From contig OY969763.1 in the NCBI GenBank assembly GCA_963702845.1, positions 3,456,001 to 3,520,000 of the forward strand: a stretch of DNA of 64,000 bases. The letters run 5' to 3'. Position numbers and translations under genes: made by a program. Position 1 is the stretch's first letter. Each line of letters begins with the position of its first letter. This document shows, piece by piece, positions 14,501 to 27,283 of this stretch. The DNA comes from an uncultured Verrucomicrobiae bacterium (GTDB lineage Bacteria; Verrucomicrobiota; Verrucomicrobiia; Limisphaerales; Palsa-1400). The notes beneath the pieces were generated by a model that was not told the origin of the DNA, did not search any database, and saw only the letters and a list, made by a program, of their open reading frames with translations.

Positions 14501-17500
14501 GTAACCGTGGCAGCGCCAATCCCTCCGATGATCGCCCCGCCTTGCGGATTACTCAAAGTAACGTTGAAGATTTTATCCGGCTGGACTGTCGTGTGATGAG
14601 CGATCGGAATGTTCACCGTCTTTGCAATTTCGCCATCGGCGAAATTCACCACAACGCTCGTCGTCGTGTAATCCTGACCGGCAATTGCCGTGACGTCAGA
14701 TGTTGTCAGCTGAACGGAAACCGGGCCGGTACTGCCGTTCGTGCGCAACACATTAATCGCGACTGCGCCGCCAGATTGAATCACGGAGTAATTGGTTTGC
14801 GACAAAGTCAATGCACCGTGGCCAAAGCTCGATTCGGCAATCGTCAGGGTAGCCACATTCGGCGAGACAAGATATCCGCCTTGCGGATTGCTCAATTGCA
14901 GCCCCACCGTTTGATCACCGTCAACCAGCCCGTCGTTGAGAATCTGGATGCGGAACAGCTTGTTACTTTCGCCGTCGTTGAACACAAACGTGTTCGTCGT
15001 CGGAACGTAATTGATGAACGGAATAGCACTGCCGCCAACCGTTGCCACATCGACCGAGATCGTGCCAATTGTACTGCCAGTACGAATAACTGGAATCACT
15101 GCTGAGCCGGACGGAGTGTTTTCGGCCACTCGGGTACTGAGCCGCATCAAATGACACACCGCTGTCGTCATTGATGATGGTCAGGATAGAATATGGCTGA
15201 GGTCCGAGAGCCCCGTTGTGCGCATTGAGAATCAAATCCAGGAATCGATCGCCGTCGACAAGGTTGTTGTCGATGATGGGGACAATCACCGTCTGATATG
15301 TTTCGCCACGAGGGAAGATAATCGTATTCGTCACACCAACGTAATCGATGCCCGCAACCGCCGATTCATCGCGAGTAATCACATCGAAAGATGCAGGATT
15401 GACCGAAGACGTTTCGGTACCTTCAATTCTGCGCAACGTGATAATGGCGTTGGTTCCGTTTTCATTGACCACGTACTCTGCTGAAGTGAACGTGACTTTA
15501 CCCTCGCCTTTGATTGCACCTCCGGCCAACCGGGCAATGCAACCTTGTGCAATATTGTCGAAATGCGTAAAGCCGCCGCCGACGATGATCTGGTCGTCTG
15601 CCTGCAATACCATGGTGCCGACAAAATTATCGGCTCCTGCTCCGAAGTTAATGCTGGGGTCAACCGTTCCATCTGCAGCAAGTCGGGTCAGGCGATAACG
15701 GGTTACCCCGTTCGCCTGGGTAAATTCGCCGGCTACGAGAACGCGGCCTTGTGAATCAAGCGCCAGCGACAGCACTGAATCGTTCGCACCCACGCCGACA
15801 TTGAACGTCGGATCCACAGTACCATCCGCATTCAATCGAGCCACGTGGCTAAGAGCTGTTCCGTTAACAGCGGTAAACAGTCCACCAACGACAATCTTAC
15901 CGTCTGGCTGAACCGCGATCGCACGCACAGAACCATTTGTCCCGGTGTCAGGGTTAAACGTCGCATCAAGTGAACCGTCAGGATTCAAACGTGCGATGTG
16001 ACCGTGCGGCACTCCATTGAAAATGGTGAAATCACCACCAATGACGATTTTGCCGTCCGCCTGCTGCGCCATTGCAAAAATCGTGCCGTCAACTCCGACA
16101 ACACCATTTCCGGGATTGAACGTCGGATCAACGGTCCCGTTGTCATTGATGCGCACCACGCCGTTGGCAGGGAAACCGTTGAAGGTTCCAAATGCGCCAG
16201 CGGCATACATTTGACGATTTTGCTTCGGTCCAAAAAACGTTTCCACCAGTGCATAGATTGCACCATCTGCGCCAGCGCCCGGATTGAACGTCTCGTCCAA
16301 ACTTCCATCCTGGTACAAGCGTGCGATTTTGTGCCTGAAGACATTGTTGACGGTGTCAAATGCACCGGCAATCACGATCGGGCCATTCGTAAATCCGCTG
16401 GGAATCTGATTCGTTGTCTGAATCAGGATTGCGCGAACGGTGTTATCTACTCCGCTGAAGCCATTTCCAAAGGTTGTATCAGTTGTGCCATCTACATTTA
16501 GTCGTGCGATACGATTATGCACCTGATTATTGGCCAGCGTGAAATCGCCGCCGGCGACCAGTTTTCCATCCTGCTGCAATGCTGTCGCCAGGACGAAATT
16601 GTTAAATCCAGGATTCGCATAGGTCGTGTCGACGGAACCTGCGGGCGTGTGATACGTCTCGTCATCGATGATGGTCGCAATCGCGTTCGTCAATGCAACT
16701 GCATTGGTAGGAGGGGGTGGCGTTTGATTGGTCAAAATTAGACCGAACGTCCGGTTCGGGTCCTGACTATCGTTATTGCGCACCGGAACATCGAAGCTCT
16801 TGCTGAGTTCACCGGGCAGGAATGTAAGAACGCCGCTCGTCGGCGTATAATGGCTGCCCGGTTGAGCATAGATGTTGGCGTTCGTTCCAAGCGTAAGCGT
16901 TGAAAACCCTGCCGACACGGTTCCGGCTGTGCCACCGGTTCGAGAAACCGTCACACGAAGGGAACCAGCATCCTCTGTCACATTGAAGTTCTGCACAATG
17001 AAAGCGAGTTGTCCGTTGAAATCTTCATTGAGAATATTTAGAACAGCATTCGCCACCGTGCCCAGCACGTTAGTGTTGTTCGAGTTCGAAGGATCGCTCG
17101 CCACGACGGGGTTCGTGAGCGTTAACTGGACCGTCAGGTTTGATGTGACGATGCTGTCATGAATGAGCGGCACGTAAAAGGATTTCGGCGTAATATCGGT
17201 ATTGTTCCATCGCAACGTGCCGTTGGTGCCGACATAGTTCTGTCCATTGGTAGCAGTGATATCGCCAGTCTTGAAGTCGACCGCAATCGCCCCGACGCTG
17301 CCGCCAGTTCGGTTAACCGTGATTTTGGCAGATCCAGCAGCTTCACCGACAGAATAGGCTGCGGCACTGAAGTTCAGGTGGCCTGGAGCAAAGTTGTCGT
17401 CGATGATCGTAACGACCGAGTTCGTCGGCAAAATGCTGATATCATTCGTCGCGTAGTTGCCGGGATTGGACGAAAACGTCATGCCGACGTTGAAGAACTT

Positions 17501-20500
17501 ATCCGCCTGGGCAACGTTCGTGCTGACGATCTTCACCTGAAAGGTGCGGCTGGACACGCCGGGCCCGAAGGTGAGCGTTCCATTTGTTTTCACATAATCG
17601 ACTCCGGCCAACGCCGTTCCATTCGCCGTGGCGAAATTGACTCCCACGGAACCGGTCAACCCGTTCGTCCGCAGAAGTGTGACCGTGACCGTGCCAGCTT
17701 TGCGGCTCACGGCATAGTTCGTCGACGAGAACCCAAACGTGCCCGCATAGTAATCATTGTCGATAATTTGTAGTTTCGAATCACGATTCCCGAACGCTAC
17801 TCCGAGGGGAATTGTTTCGCCGCCAAGGGAGAAAGTGCTGGTGCCGTCGGGCTGCAACAGATCCAACAACGCTGACCGATTGCCATCAACCAAGCTGTTG
17901 TCATTAATATTGAGATACAACGGGATGGTTGGCTCCTTCGTATTAGGCGTTGGGACAAGGCTCTCGCTCGGGCCGGAAAAACCATCGCTCTTCATCCAGC
18001 CCCACTGAGTAGGAAGAATGGTAGTCGTCGCGGGCCAATAGGTCTGGTACGTCGGCTCCTTCGTGTTGTTCGCATTTAAACTGAAGTCGTTCGACGTCGC
18101 CGCTCCCGGTCCAACCGGAAGGAAGTTCGTATTGAAATTAACTGCCACGGCACCAAGGGTACCATTCGTCCGAAGCAGGTTGATGAAGCAGCCTTTTACA
18201 CCGGAATTTTCATCCGCGGTATAGGTATTCTTGGTCAGCAGAACGTTGCCCGGTCCCGGCGTCGCTCCGCCGATGAGACGCGCCACGTTGTAACGGTCGC
18301 GTATGTCATCGCGCGCGCCGCCACCGCCAACACGTTGGAAGCCGCCACCGATCATCACGTTGCCATTGGATTCCAAGCCGATCGCAAGCACAAAATTTCG
18401 CGCGTTATTCGGGCTATACCCATCGGTCACATCGTAAACGGACTCGTTGTGAAAATGGTTCGGCAAACCGGCAAACTGATTGTACGCCGTATCCATGAAG
18501 CTGGTATCCAACCAACCGTTCGTCAGCAACCGGGCGACACCCACGCGTCGCGTATCGTTGATGTTGTTGAAACGACCGCCGATAAGAATTCCCCCGTCAC
18601 TCTGCAGTGACACTGCATAAACAGTCGAGTCGACGCCGGTTCCAACGTCTAGCGTAGGATCGTAAGAACCATCAGAATTGATACGCACGATACCATTGGC
18701 TTGAGCGAGGTTATAGGAAGCGAATGCACCACCAATCACGAGCTTGCCATCCGCTTGCACCGCGATCGCATAGACGTTGTCGTCAAAGCCGCCGCCAGAG
18801 TTGAAGGTGGTGTCAAGCGAGCCATCCGTGTTCAGTCGTGCAATATGCGCCTGCGGAACGCCGTTGACCTTAGTAAATTGGCCGCCGATAACGACCTTGC
18901 CATCGGATTGACCCGCAATGGCGAATACCGTGTCATTCGCTCCTGATGATGGAGCGAAGCTCGCGTCCAACGAACCATCCGTGTTGATACGAGCGATTGC
19001 GTTGCGATTCGTCGCATCATAAGCACTGAATTCACCTCCGATGAGAATCTTGCCGTCAGGTTGCAACGTGGTCGCCCAAATAGTGGCATTCGCGCCAAAG
19101 CCGGGCTTGAACGAAGTGTCAAGGGCACCGCTCTGCAATAGCCTCGCCAAGTGATAACGTGTCGTGCCATTGAACGAGGTGAATCCACCGCCGATGACGA
19201 TTTTGCCGTTCGAATCGATAGCGGCCGAGGTGATAAACTCATTCGCACCATCGCCGGGGTTAAAGTTGGAATCCGGCAAACCGCCAGTCGTCAGGCGAGC
19301 GATACGATTCGCGGGAACCGTGTCAAACGCCGTGAAATCGCCAACTATGACAGACTGGTCGTCCCCTTGAACTGCGACGCCATACACTGGTCCGTTCGCG
19401 CCCGGAATCGGGTTGAAACTTGGATACGATCCAGCGGAAAAGTCAGGGTTATGGCCGCGATCAACCGCGCCCGCCGGCTGATCGCCGAATTTGATCGTTA
19501 CCGTTGCTTCGCTCTGGCTGCCTAAGATACCTGGCGGCGTCCCTTTTTGGTTGGGTTGCGGATTGAACAACTGAAGACGGATATCTTCGTTGAATTCCAC
19601 CAACGTGTCATTGGATGCAAATGGTCTCGTCAACCCAATCTCAGCCAACCAATTTCCGGGGCCAGGGACAGTTACAGTGCCCTTAATTTCAGTACAGATC
19701 GATACCAGGCTTGCCATAATCCGACCCGGGTTCCAACGGATACGTGTGGTAATTATCATAAGTATTCGGACTCGGCAGCCAGTTAATGCGATACTGCACG
19801 GATGCCCCGCTTTGCGGCGCATTCCAGATCTGTATCCAAATCCCACTTTCGCCTGGGCGACCATGGACCGGCGTCGGGTTTCCTCCCTCACCGACTGTAT
19901 AGCGCGCATATTCCCAGTTGAAGATCGTATTCGTTTCGCAAGCCGAAACATTTGGGGTCACAACGTCCGTTTCGAGAAGATTGATCGATGCAGAACCATC
20001 CACCGGGTCAATCGTCGGCGGGACAACGTCCGGGCTTTCCAATGCATCAATGTACGCATTCGTGATGTTCAGGACAAACGTGCGGTTCACACCGTAGTGG
20101 AAATAATTGAAGTCAGACGGAAAAAAAGAAGCGTCAGGCTGGCTAAAAGCAACGGCAGTTAAGTCCACAGGTGCAGTCGCACTCATCTGGAAGTCATCGA
20201 AAACCATCTCATTCGTTCCAGTGGGATATACAGGCACGTAGTTAGGCACAAACGCATCCGGGTCGACGTCCCCACCCACAACGGAATCAACATATCCAAA
20301 CCCCGGTGCGAAAGTGTCGCAGAAGATGTTAGTAGTCGTTACCGTATACAAGTTGTTTGTGTCTGGGCCGACCGTGACGGTGTCGCTCGAGTTCAAACAT
20401 GGCCCTGAAAAAAGAGTGCAAGTCGAAGTGACTGACGTTTTGAACGTTCTTGGTGGACCGTTTGTTGTTAAGATGTTTGTAACTCCAACAGATATTGTAC

Positions 20501-21555
20501 CTATGTCTTCGTCATAAACGCCCAAACCGTCTTTGCCGGTGTTTCCATAAAGGTTGTCCTGATACTGATTTATGAAAGACAAGTTCGTAATTAAATAGTT
20601 AGTGTAAGTCACAACGGGGTCCACAGTTGGGTCAGGAATCGCACCGGGGGGCGCTTGATAAGTCGTTATCAAAATATTTGTACCAGAATAGTTTGTTGTA
20701 TAGATGTTCGTATAAATGGTGCTAGTGACTTCGTATTGGACGTGAACACGACCGCTAAAGCCGCCCTTGCGCGTGATTGTCACCGTATTCGTTTGGTCAT
20801 TATCGCTAGTCAAATACATCAAACGCGTTGGAAATCCGCCTGCCGAACGGATACCTTTGGTGGGGACATTCTGCTCGGCAACAGGTCCTGCCACCACCAA
20901 CATAGATGAGTTGGCCGGTTTGGACGCCACTTGCCCATGCGAATACGCCGGAGGCGGGCGAATTATACCAATTCAATACGACAGTCCCCGGTGCGTCCGG
21001 AGCGCCGGTTGTCGAATTGATGCCGCTGTCTACCGCGATGTAATAGGTTTTGCCACCAACAGCTTGGAAGTCGACGCGGCTGATCGTATCGTTGGCATTG
21101 GCAGTTGGATCGTCGTTGTTTGGGTTACCTGTGTTTGAGCTCGTTGGAACGGGCCCCAATTGATCGATCGGAGCATTTGTGTAAACACCGAGAACCGTAT
21201 TGAGGTTGTTTCCGTTCGAATCCGTGCTCCCGCGTGTGTCAAACGTATACCAGGCGCTGTTTGGAGCCGTCCATGCGTACCAGATTGAATTCGTAGCTCC
21301 CACACCGTTATGCGCCGGTTCGCCACTCTCTGCGGTTGCACCGATATCACTGCCATGCACGCTGCCGGAAGTACCCGAAATCGCTTGCGCGTTCGCGAAC
21401 TTGTCATTGGGCGGCAATTGCGCGCTCGCCGAAACGGCGGCCAGCCCAATCAAGGCTGGCAAAAACATCTTGCGGATCAACCCGACAAGAAACTGTTTCC
21501 CGCCCTGCGGGACGGATACGGCGCGTCGCTGTGCTCTCTCTTCGACTTTATACAT
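11569..21555 (-). CDS. Giant secreted adhesin-like protein: PPNDxFANA module, many Calx-beta domains, two delta-60 (DUF5122) beta-propeller clusters, P-domain-like module, DUF11 (~3300 aa; frameshifts at about 20900, 19700, 15140)
   Basis: ORFs 20806-21555, 19689-20930, 14963-19951 and 11569-15171 join up. QPDGKILIGGEF...IARINTDGSLDASF repeats; TANGTALAGVDY...GTLTFGPG Calx-beta repeats; signal peptide LIGLAAVSASAQ; ends SARFFRLRAQ*. Confidence 0.85.
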
Positions 21556-21588
21556 ACTAAGGTCCTGGTTGCTGTTCCCCTGCGCCCC

Positions 21589-24500
21589 TTACGGATTATC
21601 CAACCGTACGGCGCCACTTTGATCGGCCCCCGAGAAAAACCCACGGGCATTGTTCTGGTTTTGCAGCATGACGCCATTGAGTTGGCGCACGCGGCTGCTC
21701 GTCGGATCTGTGAATTGGCCGTTGATTAGGCCAGTATTCGGGCTCAATTTTAGACTCAGTCGCGGATTCGTTGAGCTAAAGGTAAAATTGTTTGCGTTAA
21801 ACGTAATAACTGGCGCGAGATCTGTGACGAGGTTGCCTCCGCTCAATGTGATAATCGGCGTGGTCAGATTCAGGCCGCTTGTCCGGTTCTTCGGTGCAAC
21901 CCAGATCGAACCAATCAACGACACTGCGTTGGTGAATCCAGCGCGATAGTTCCCAAACGTCGATGGATTTTTAATCCAGTTCACCGTGCCGCTCATCACG
22001 CCACTTCCGTCGATGTGTGCCCATCCAATCACCATTTCGCGGCCAAAAACCGACATGAACAACGGCCAGTTACCATCCTTCGAAACTGCCACCACCGGCG
22101 ACAGTGTGACGCCATCAGCGAGGTGAATTGCCGAAACAAGTGTACCGAGGCGGTTGATAAATGGCGTTCCGTAACTGTCGCCAGCGGGACCGGCGCTTGG
22201 ATCGTTTGTTCCCTGCCACGCAAATGTGTAGTTGCCAGTGAATGGCGCAGGATTGCGGCCATTGAATACAGAGCGGTCCGCAATGAGATTGACGGTCCAA
22301 TTCGTATCACACGAAACTGTCCCCGTGATTTGCTGCGAAGCTCCCGTCGTGTCCAGCTTCAACTTCAAAATCAGCGACGGCTTTTTACCACGCGTAATGA
22401 TCGACGTTGCGTTTCCATCCACATCAAAATGGCCGCCGAACGGCACCGATGCCGCCGCATTCATTCCTAAGTGGCCGGAGAATCCGCCCTGCTGATCAAC
22501 CGAGAAGTTGACCGAACCGGCGCTGTCCATCGTCACTTTGTTCGTGTCGAAGAACAACCCGTTGAAACTGCCTTTCAATGCGATAAACGGATTGGTCACG
22601 AACCGCGCATTCAACACCATGTTGGAAGACAATGCGAACGAGATATTCGGCTGCGTCGTATTAATGCTGCCACTCCATCCGGCGAACAAGTTTCCGGGGT
22701 TTGGATTCGCACGCAGATTGTAAATGTGACCCAGCTGCACGACGGGGCTCTTTTGCTGTGGCGTCACTTTGCCGGAGCCTGTCACCGAAACCGCAAGGCT
22801 CGTCAGTGGTCCAGCGCCGTGATTCTCGGTGAGGAACGTCCGGATGCTCGTCGTCAAAGTATCGCCAGGGCACGGCAGGCTGAAATCAGGATTGCCGATA
22901 TTGTCCAGTGGGAATGCGTCCTTGGCATTTACCACGCCGTCGTTGTCCAAATCGATGATTGTGCTTTGGGCCAATGATTGGTTCATCAGGCAGATGCTGC
23001 CGTCAACGCGTGGCACTGCCGCTGTGCTGTTCGGCCCCGTGAAGCTGTTGGCCCAAACCAAACGTCCAGGATAGACGGCCTGCAGTTTGTCCGGTTCAAA
23101 GTTACACGCGGCGAAGTACACCGTCATGTTCGGATCGATAATCAGACCGTTGCGATAATCGTCGAAGGAGAAGTCGCGCAATTCCAGAAAATCGACATAG
23201 AGTGCATTCTGGCCACCAGCGGCAGAAATGTGAATGGAACTGTTCGATCCCTGCCGATCCAACACAAGACGGCCAATAACCAGATTGTTGTTGAATCCAT
23301 CTGATCCTGCGCCGTCGTCTTCCGCCGACCAAATGATTTGCGACTGATTACGATTGGTGGCCGCGCAAACGATTTCCGTTCCAAACAAATCGCCGTCCGG
23401 TTTTTGTGGAACACTAATTCCATTGTTCACCTGCCAGAAATTGATCAGCACATTAGTGGTTCCGGGAAGGTTCGGCACGAAATCACTCAAACTGTCGGTG
23501 ACATTCAGCGTCAGCTTGCCAATCGTTCCATTTTGGCCAGCAACGATTGTCGAATTTGTCACGTTGACCGTCGTAGCATCGATCTCGATATCGCGATCAG
23601 CAAGCAAGGTATTGGTCGGACCAACATTGCTCATCGGGCCGACAATCAGATCGACCGTATTGGCTTGAATAATCATTGAGCCACCGTTGGTGGCCAGAAT
23701 CTCGCCCGTATTTTCAACATAGTTCGCTTTGATCAACGGGGCCGTCGCGGCTAACAAACCATGATTGATGAATGTATTGATGCCCTTGGTCACATCCCAA
23801 CCGATGAACGCCGTGTCATCGACCTGGAGCGCACCGTTGGTGTCGATCAGCATGTCTTTGAGGTGCGGAACATTAGCACGCGTAAACTCACGCACTTGTT
23901 CCGTCAAATGCACGATTGAGTTGATATCAAGAAATTCCGCATCGAACGTCGCAGTTTTCACAACGCGCAACTTGTCTTCGATAACAGTGTTTGTTCCGTG
24001 CAACGTAATGTTCTGGAAGGTTGGTTGGTAACTGCCACGCAATTCATGGTCAACGATCAACACGTGCAGGAACATATTGTTCGTCTGCGTGCTATTGGTC
24101 GCAACATTGTTCCACGTCCCGCTCCACGCATACACGTCACCGCGCACGCGCTTAAACTCAGTTGGAACAACTTGCGAGATCTGAAGAAAACCGTTCGTGC
24201 TTCCGAGAATACCGTTAAGACTCCCCGCGTCCACACCAGCCAGGCCGCCTGGAAAGAGATGCTTCGTGTTCACCGCCAGCACACCTTCGCTTCGCAAATT
24301 GGCCGATGTCAGGTCGAGGTTCGTTGCATTAATTTCAATTCGCGGAATGTCGTTCGATACGTCAGGCAAGTTCAGGAAGAAGTTGTTGAAACCGCCTAGA
24401 CCGAAGAAAAATTGGTTCGTCGCAATAGTCACGCCAGCAACCGTCTCCGGGTTACGTCCGACCTGGGTACCATAAGTCCCGGAAGTATAGGCGACAATTT

Positions 24501-25875
24501 TGTTCTCGTATTTGCCCTGTCCCAAGGTGCCGCCGTTCGGGACCGAGTTATAAATCAAAGTCGGATCATACGGCACTAAACCTTGTCCAAAATTGAAGCC
24601 ACCTTGGAAAAAGTCGTTCGTCACGATCGAGAACCATTCAAATGGTGTCGCGGTCGTAATCTCGAAGTTCGACGGTCGCCCGTATTGATTAGGACTCACC
24701 ACGTTCGTCGTCATGACGATCGGATCCTCCAACGCACCCGTATCGATCAAATAAAACGAATTGTCAACATATTGGCCCGTCGTGACATCATACACGTTCG
24801 TGACCGTGAACCGGATAACGCCAGTCGCCGCGTTGATGTTTGTTGCGTTTATGTTGAAATTCCCACCGCTCGGAGAAAACTCAGCATCGATCTGCACATT
24901 CGTGTCATTTGCATTCGTGCGGAAGAAAATGACATTGATGTAGTAATCAAACCCGGTGTTATTCGGAATCGCATTAACAAATGCTTTTGCATCCAGGGAT
25001 GCAGTAAAATCGAGCGGAATGGACGTCGAACCAATGAAAACTCCATTGTTGGGACTGGAGCGAGATCGCACCTGTTCGATGGGCGAACTAGCGGGAAATC
25101 CATTTCCAAAACCAAAATTACCAAAGAAGCTGGAAACCGCCAAGGTGGAGGAATCGAACTTCTTGCCCGCCTGTGCTCCCCAAAACAGATCATAAACGTG
25201 CGGTGGCGCGATGAAATGATTCACTCCATCGGTAAACCCGCGCCCGGTCGTCTGGCCGAGAAAATTAATCACGCCAAAATTGCTCAGGAAGATGTTCGTG
25301 TTCAGGTCAGCGATGTCACCGGCGGCGAGCGTGCCACGTTCGAGATCGATGTCTCTTCCGTTCAAACGCATCAGACCGATGTTCCCGCAGCTCATCAGGC
25401 CGCGATTAACAATATTTGTCGCGTCGACCAGGCAGTAAGAACCCGCGGTTTGGACCTGCGTGAAAAGCCATTGCCCATTCGCCGGGTTAATTGAACCAAA
25501 CCAAAATAACGGGCTGTCCAGGCCTTGAATCGTGCCGCTTTCGTAATTGGTGAACGCGAGAGCACATTTGCGATTCGTCGCCGTCACCGTATCAAAGCGA
25601 AATCCGACTTCGCCATTCATGTCACCGTGATTGAGGAAAACTTTCGTATCCGTCATGTCAGCGGGGAACCCCGTCACGATATCAAAAAACACGCCTCGGT
25701 TATCAAAAACAACCGCGTCAATCGCCGGCCAGTTGGTCGTCGTCTGAAAATTCTGGTAAACCGGTGTCACGGCGCCCCAGCTTCGGGCCGCTGTCGCCAA
25801 CAACACGACGCCGACAAACAACCAACTGGTTGCAGAGCGGAGTTGTCGCGAAATGTTTGGATTAAACAAATTCAT
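21589..25875 (-). CDS. Large secreted beta-rich hypothetical protein (1428 aa) with TSP3-like Ca-binding motif, divergent InlB-B repeat and C-terminal beta domain
   Basis: Intact ORF; signal peptide; DLDNDGVVNAKDAFPLD; AVSVTGSGKVTP...ANPNPGNLFAGWSG...NARFVTNPF. Confidence 0.8.
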   Translation of the reverse strand: MNLFNPNISRQLRSATSWLFVGVVLLATAARSWGAVTPVYQNFQTTTNWPAIDAVVFDNRGVFFDIVTGFPADMTDTKVFLNHGDMNGEVGFRFDTVTATNRKCALAFTNYESGTIQGLDSPLFWFGSINPANGQWLFTQVQTAGSYCLVDATNIVNRGLMSCGNIGLMRLNGRDIDLERGTLAAGDIADLNTNIFLSNFGVINFLGQTTGRGFTDGVNHFIAPPHVYDLFWGAQAGKKFDSSTLAVSSFFGNFGFGNGFPASSPIEQVRSRSSPNNGVFIGSTSIPLDFTASLDAKAFVNAIPNNTGFDYYINVIFFRTNANDTNVQIDAEFSPSGGNFNINATNINAATGVIRFTVTNVYDVTTGQYVDNSFYLIDTGALEDPIVMTTNVVSPNQYGRPSNFEITTATPFEWFSIVTNDFFQGGFNFGQGLVPYDPTLIYNSVPNGGTLGQGKYENKIVAYTSGTYGTQVGRNPETVAGVTIATNQFFFGLGGFNNFFLNLPDVSNDIPRIEINATNLDLTSANLRSEGVLAVNTKHLFPGGLAGVDAGSLNGILGSTNGFLQISQVVPTEFKRVRGDVYAWSGTWNNVATNSTQTNNMFLHVLIVDHELRGSYQPTFQNITLHGTNTVIEDKLRVVKTATFDAEFLDINSIVHLTEQVREFTRANVPHLKDMLIDTNGALQVDDTAFIGWDVTKGINTFINHGLLAATAPLIKANYVENTGEILATNGGSMIIQANTVDLIVGPMSNVGPTNTLLADRDIEIDATTVNVTNSTIVAGQNGTIGKLTLNVTDSLSDFVPNLPGTTNVLINFWQVNNGISVPQKPDGDLFGTEIVCAATNRNQSQIIWSAEDDGAGSDGFNNNLVIGRLVLDRQGSNSSIHISAAGGQNALYVDFLELRDFSFDDYRNGLIIDPNMTVYFAACNFEPDKLQAVYPGRLVWANSFTGPNSTAAVPRVDGSICLMNQSLAQSTIIDLDNDGVVNAKDAFPLDNIGNPDFSLPCPGDTLTTSIRTFLTENHGAGPLTSLAVSVTGSGKVTPQQKSPVVQLGHIYNLRANPNPGNLFAGWSGSINTTQPNISFALSSNMVLNARFVTNPFIALKGSFNGLFFDTNKVTMDSAGSVNFSVDQQGGFSGHLGMNAAASVPFGGHFDVDGNATSIITRGKKPSLILKLKLDTTGASQQITGTVSCDTNWTVNLIADRSVFNGRNPAPFTGNYTFAWQGTNDPSAGPAGDSYGTPFINRLGTLVSAIHLADGVTLSPVVAVSKDGNWPLFMSVFGREMVIGWAHIDGSGVMSGTVNWIKNPSTFGNYRAGFTNAVSLIGSIWVAPKNRTSGLNLTTPIITLSGGNLVTDLAPVITFNANNFTFSSTNPRLSLKLSPNTGLINGQFTDPTSSRVRQLNGVMLQNQNNARGFFSGADQSGAVRLDNP

Positions 25876-25881
25876 ACAATA

Positions 25882-27283
25882 CTAAAAAACTGGGTTATAC
25901 GCCCCGCTGACATTCGTATCGACCAATGCGGGATTAAGCACTTGGTTTTCAATCTCTCGAATGCTTGTTCCCTGCGGATAAATCACAGGAGCATTCGTCG
26001 TCCCGTCGAACGATCCCCAGATAAACCCAGCCTGCGCGGTTTGCTCATCGAGGAAAAACGGATGCGAGTTAAACAAAAGCGGTCCGACTTTATTGAACGT
26101 TACAATCGACTGAGGCGCTATGATGCCGGGGCCCGCCGTGGCAATTACCGAGGTCGTTCCATTAGTGACAAACGAAATCGAACGCGTCAAAGAACTGTAA
26201 ACAGGAGGCGCGGATATATCTGCGGCAGTAAAGAGAATATCCGGTTGAGTAATCGTGCGGCGAATCGTCTGATTAACCAGGTGGAAGTTCGTTACAATCG
26301 GAATGTTGTAGGTAAACGTGATTGGCCGGAACGTCGATCCAAACAGTGAATCATAACGAGTTTTTACTGTACGTAACCTTCTCAATGCCACCACGCAATG
26401 CCAGCGTGTTGGTGGCGAAAACATTAGTGAACGAAAACGTATTCACGGGCGTCCAGGGACTCACCGCCGTGGTCGCGGTGGCATCGGTTGGCAGCACCTC
26501 ATTGTTGTAGTTGTCGTGCCGATACAAGTAGCGCAACCCACCAACGTCGTCGCGCGTCAGCCCAAGGTAAAAACCGCCAAATCGTTCCCCGGACAGATCA
26601 GAAGCAACTGAAGTCGGCACGATGGCCGTCGGATCCACCGGAATCTCCACCGCATCACCAACAGAACGAACCGGACAAAGATCCTCGATCTGGTAAGTGT
26701 ATAACACCCCGTTTACGTAATGGGTCGGTTCCCACGTGATTGGGTCAAAGTTACGATTGATGACTACGTAATCGAATTGGCATGCACCGGCTGGCTGTGC
26801 AATGCGTTGCCGAAGGTCGAACGTATGTGTCTCGCTCATTAAGCCCATGTGCTCAATGATCAAAAACATAGTTGCTGACTTTAAATCTATAAGATTCAAC
26901 GCCTGCGCAGACTGGTTGATGCGCTGATTGCCTTCGGTGATGAATTCCGACAAATCAGCGCTCGTGCGCGACACTGCCGGCAAATGATTGAAAACAGCAA
27001 ATGCCGCATCGACCGCTTTGACGCCGTTGGAGCCGAAGTAATCGAGAAACGTAAAATCGAAACCGTAAGTGATGATTGGCGTGTTGAGCCGCCATTCATC
27101 TCCGAGATTCTTCGGTCCGGCGAGTTCCGCGCCACCCTGAATCGGTCGCGCCGCGTAATCCAGATCCGCCGTCTGCCATGATTCAAACGGGCCCGTTGGA
27201 GTAAATGCCAGCGCGCTCTGCGCTACTGCTACCGCGCCAACCAGTGCCAGGATTGTTTTGCTCATCGAAATCATAGGTCTCAT
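25882..27283 (-). CDS. Secreted hypothetical protein (~466 aa; frameshift near 26365)
   Basis: ORFs 26351-27283 and 25882-26424 join (GGIEKVTY / VKTRYDSLFG); signal peptide ending AQSALA; ATGA overlap with the upstream gene. Confidence 0.75.
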
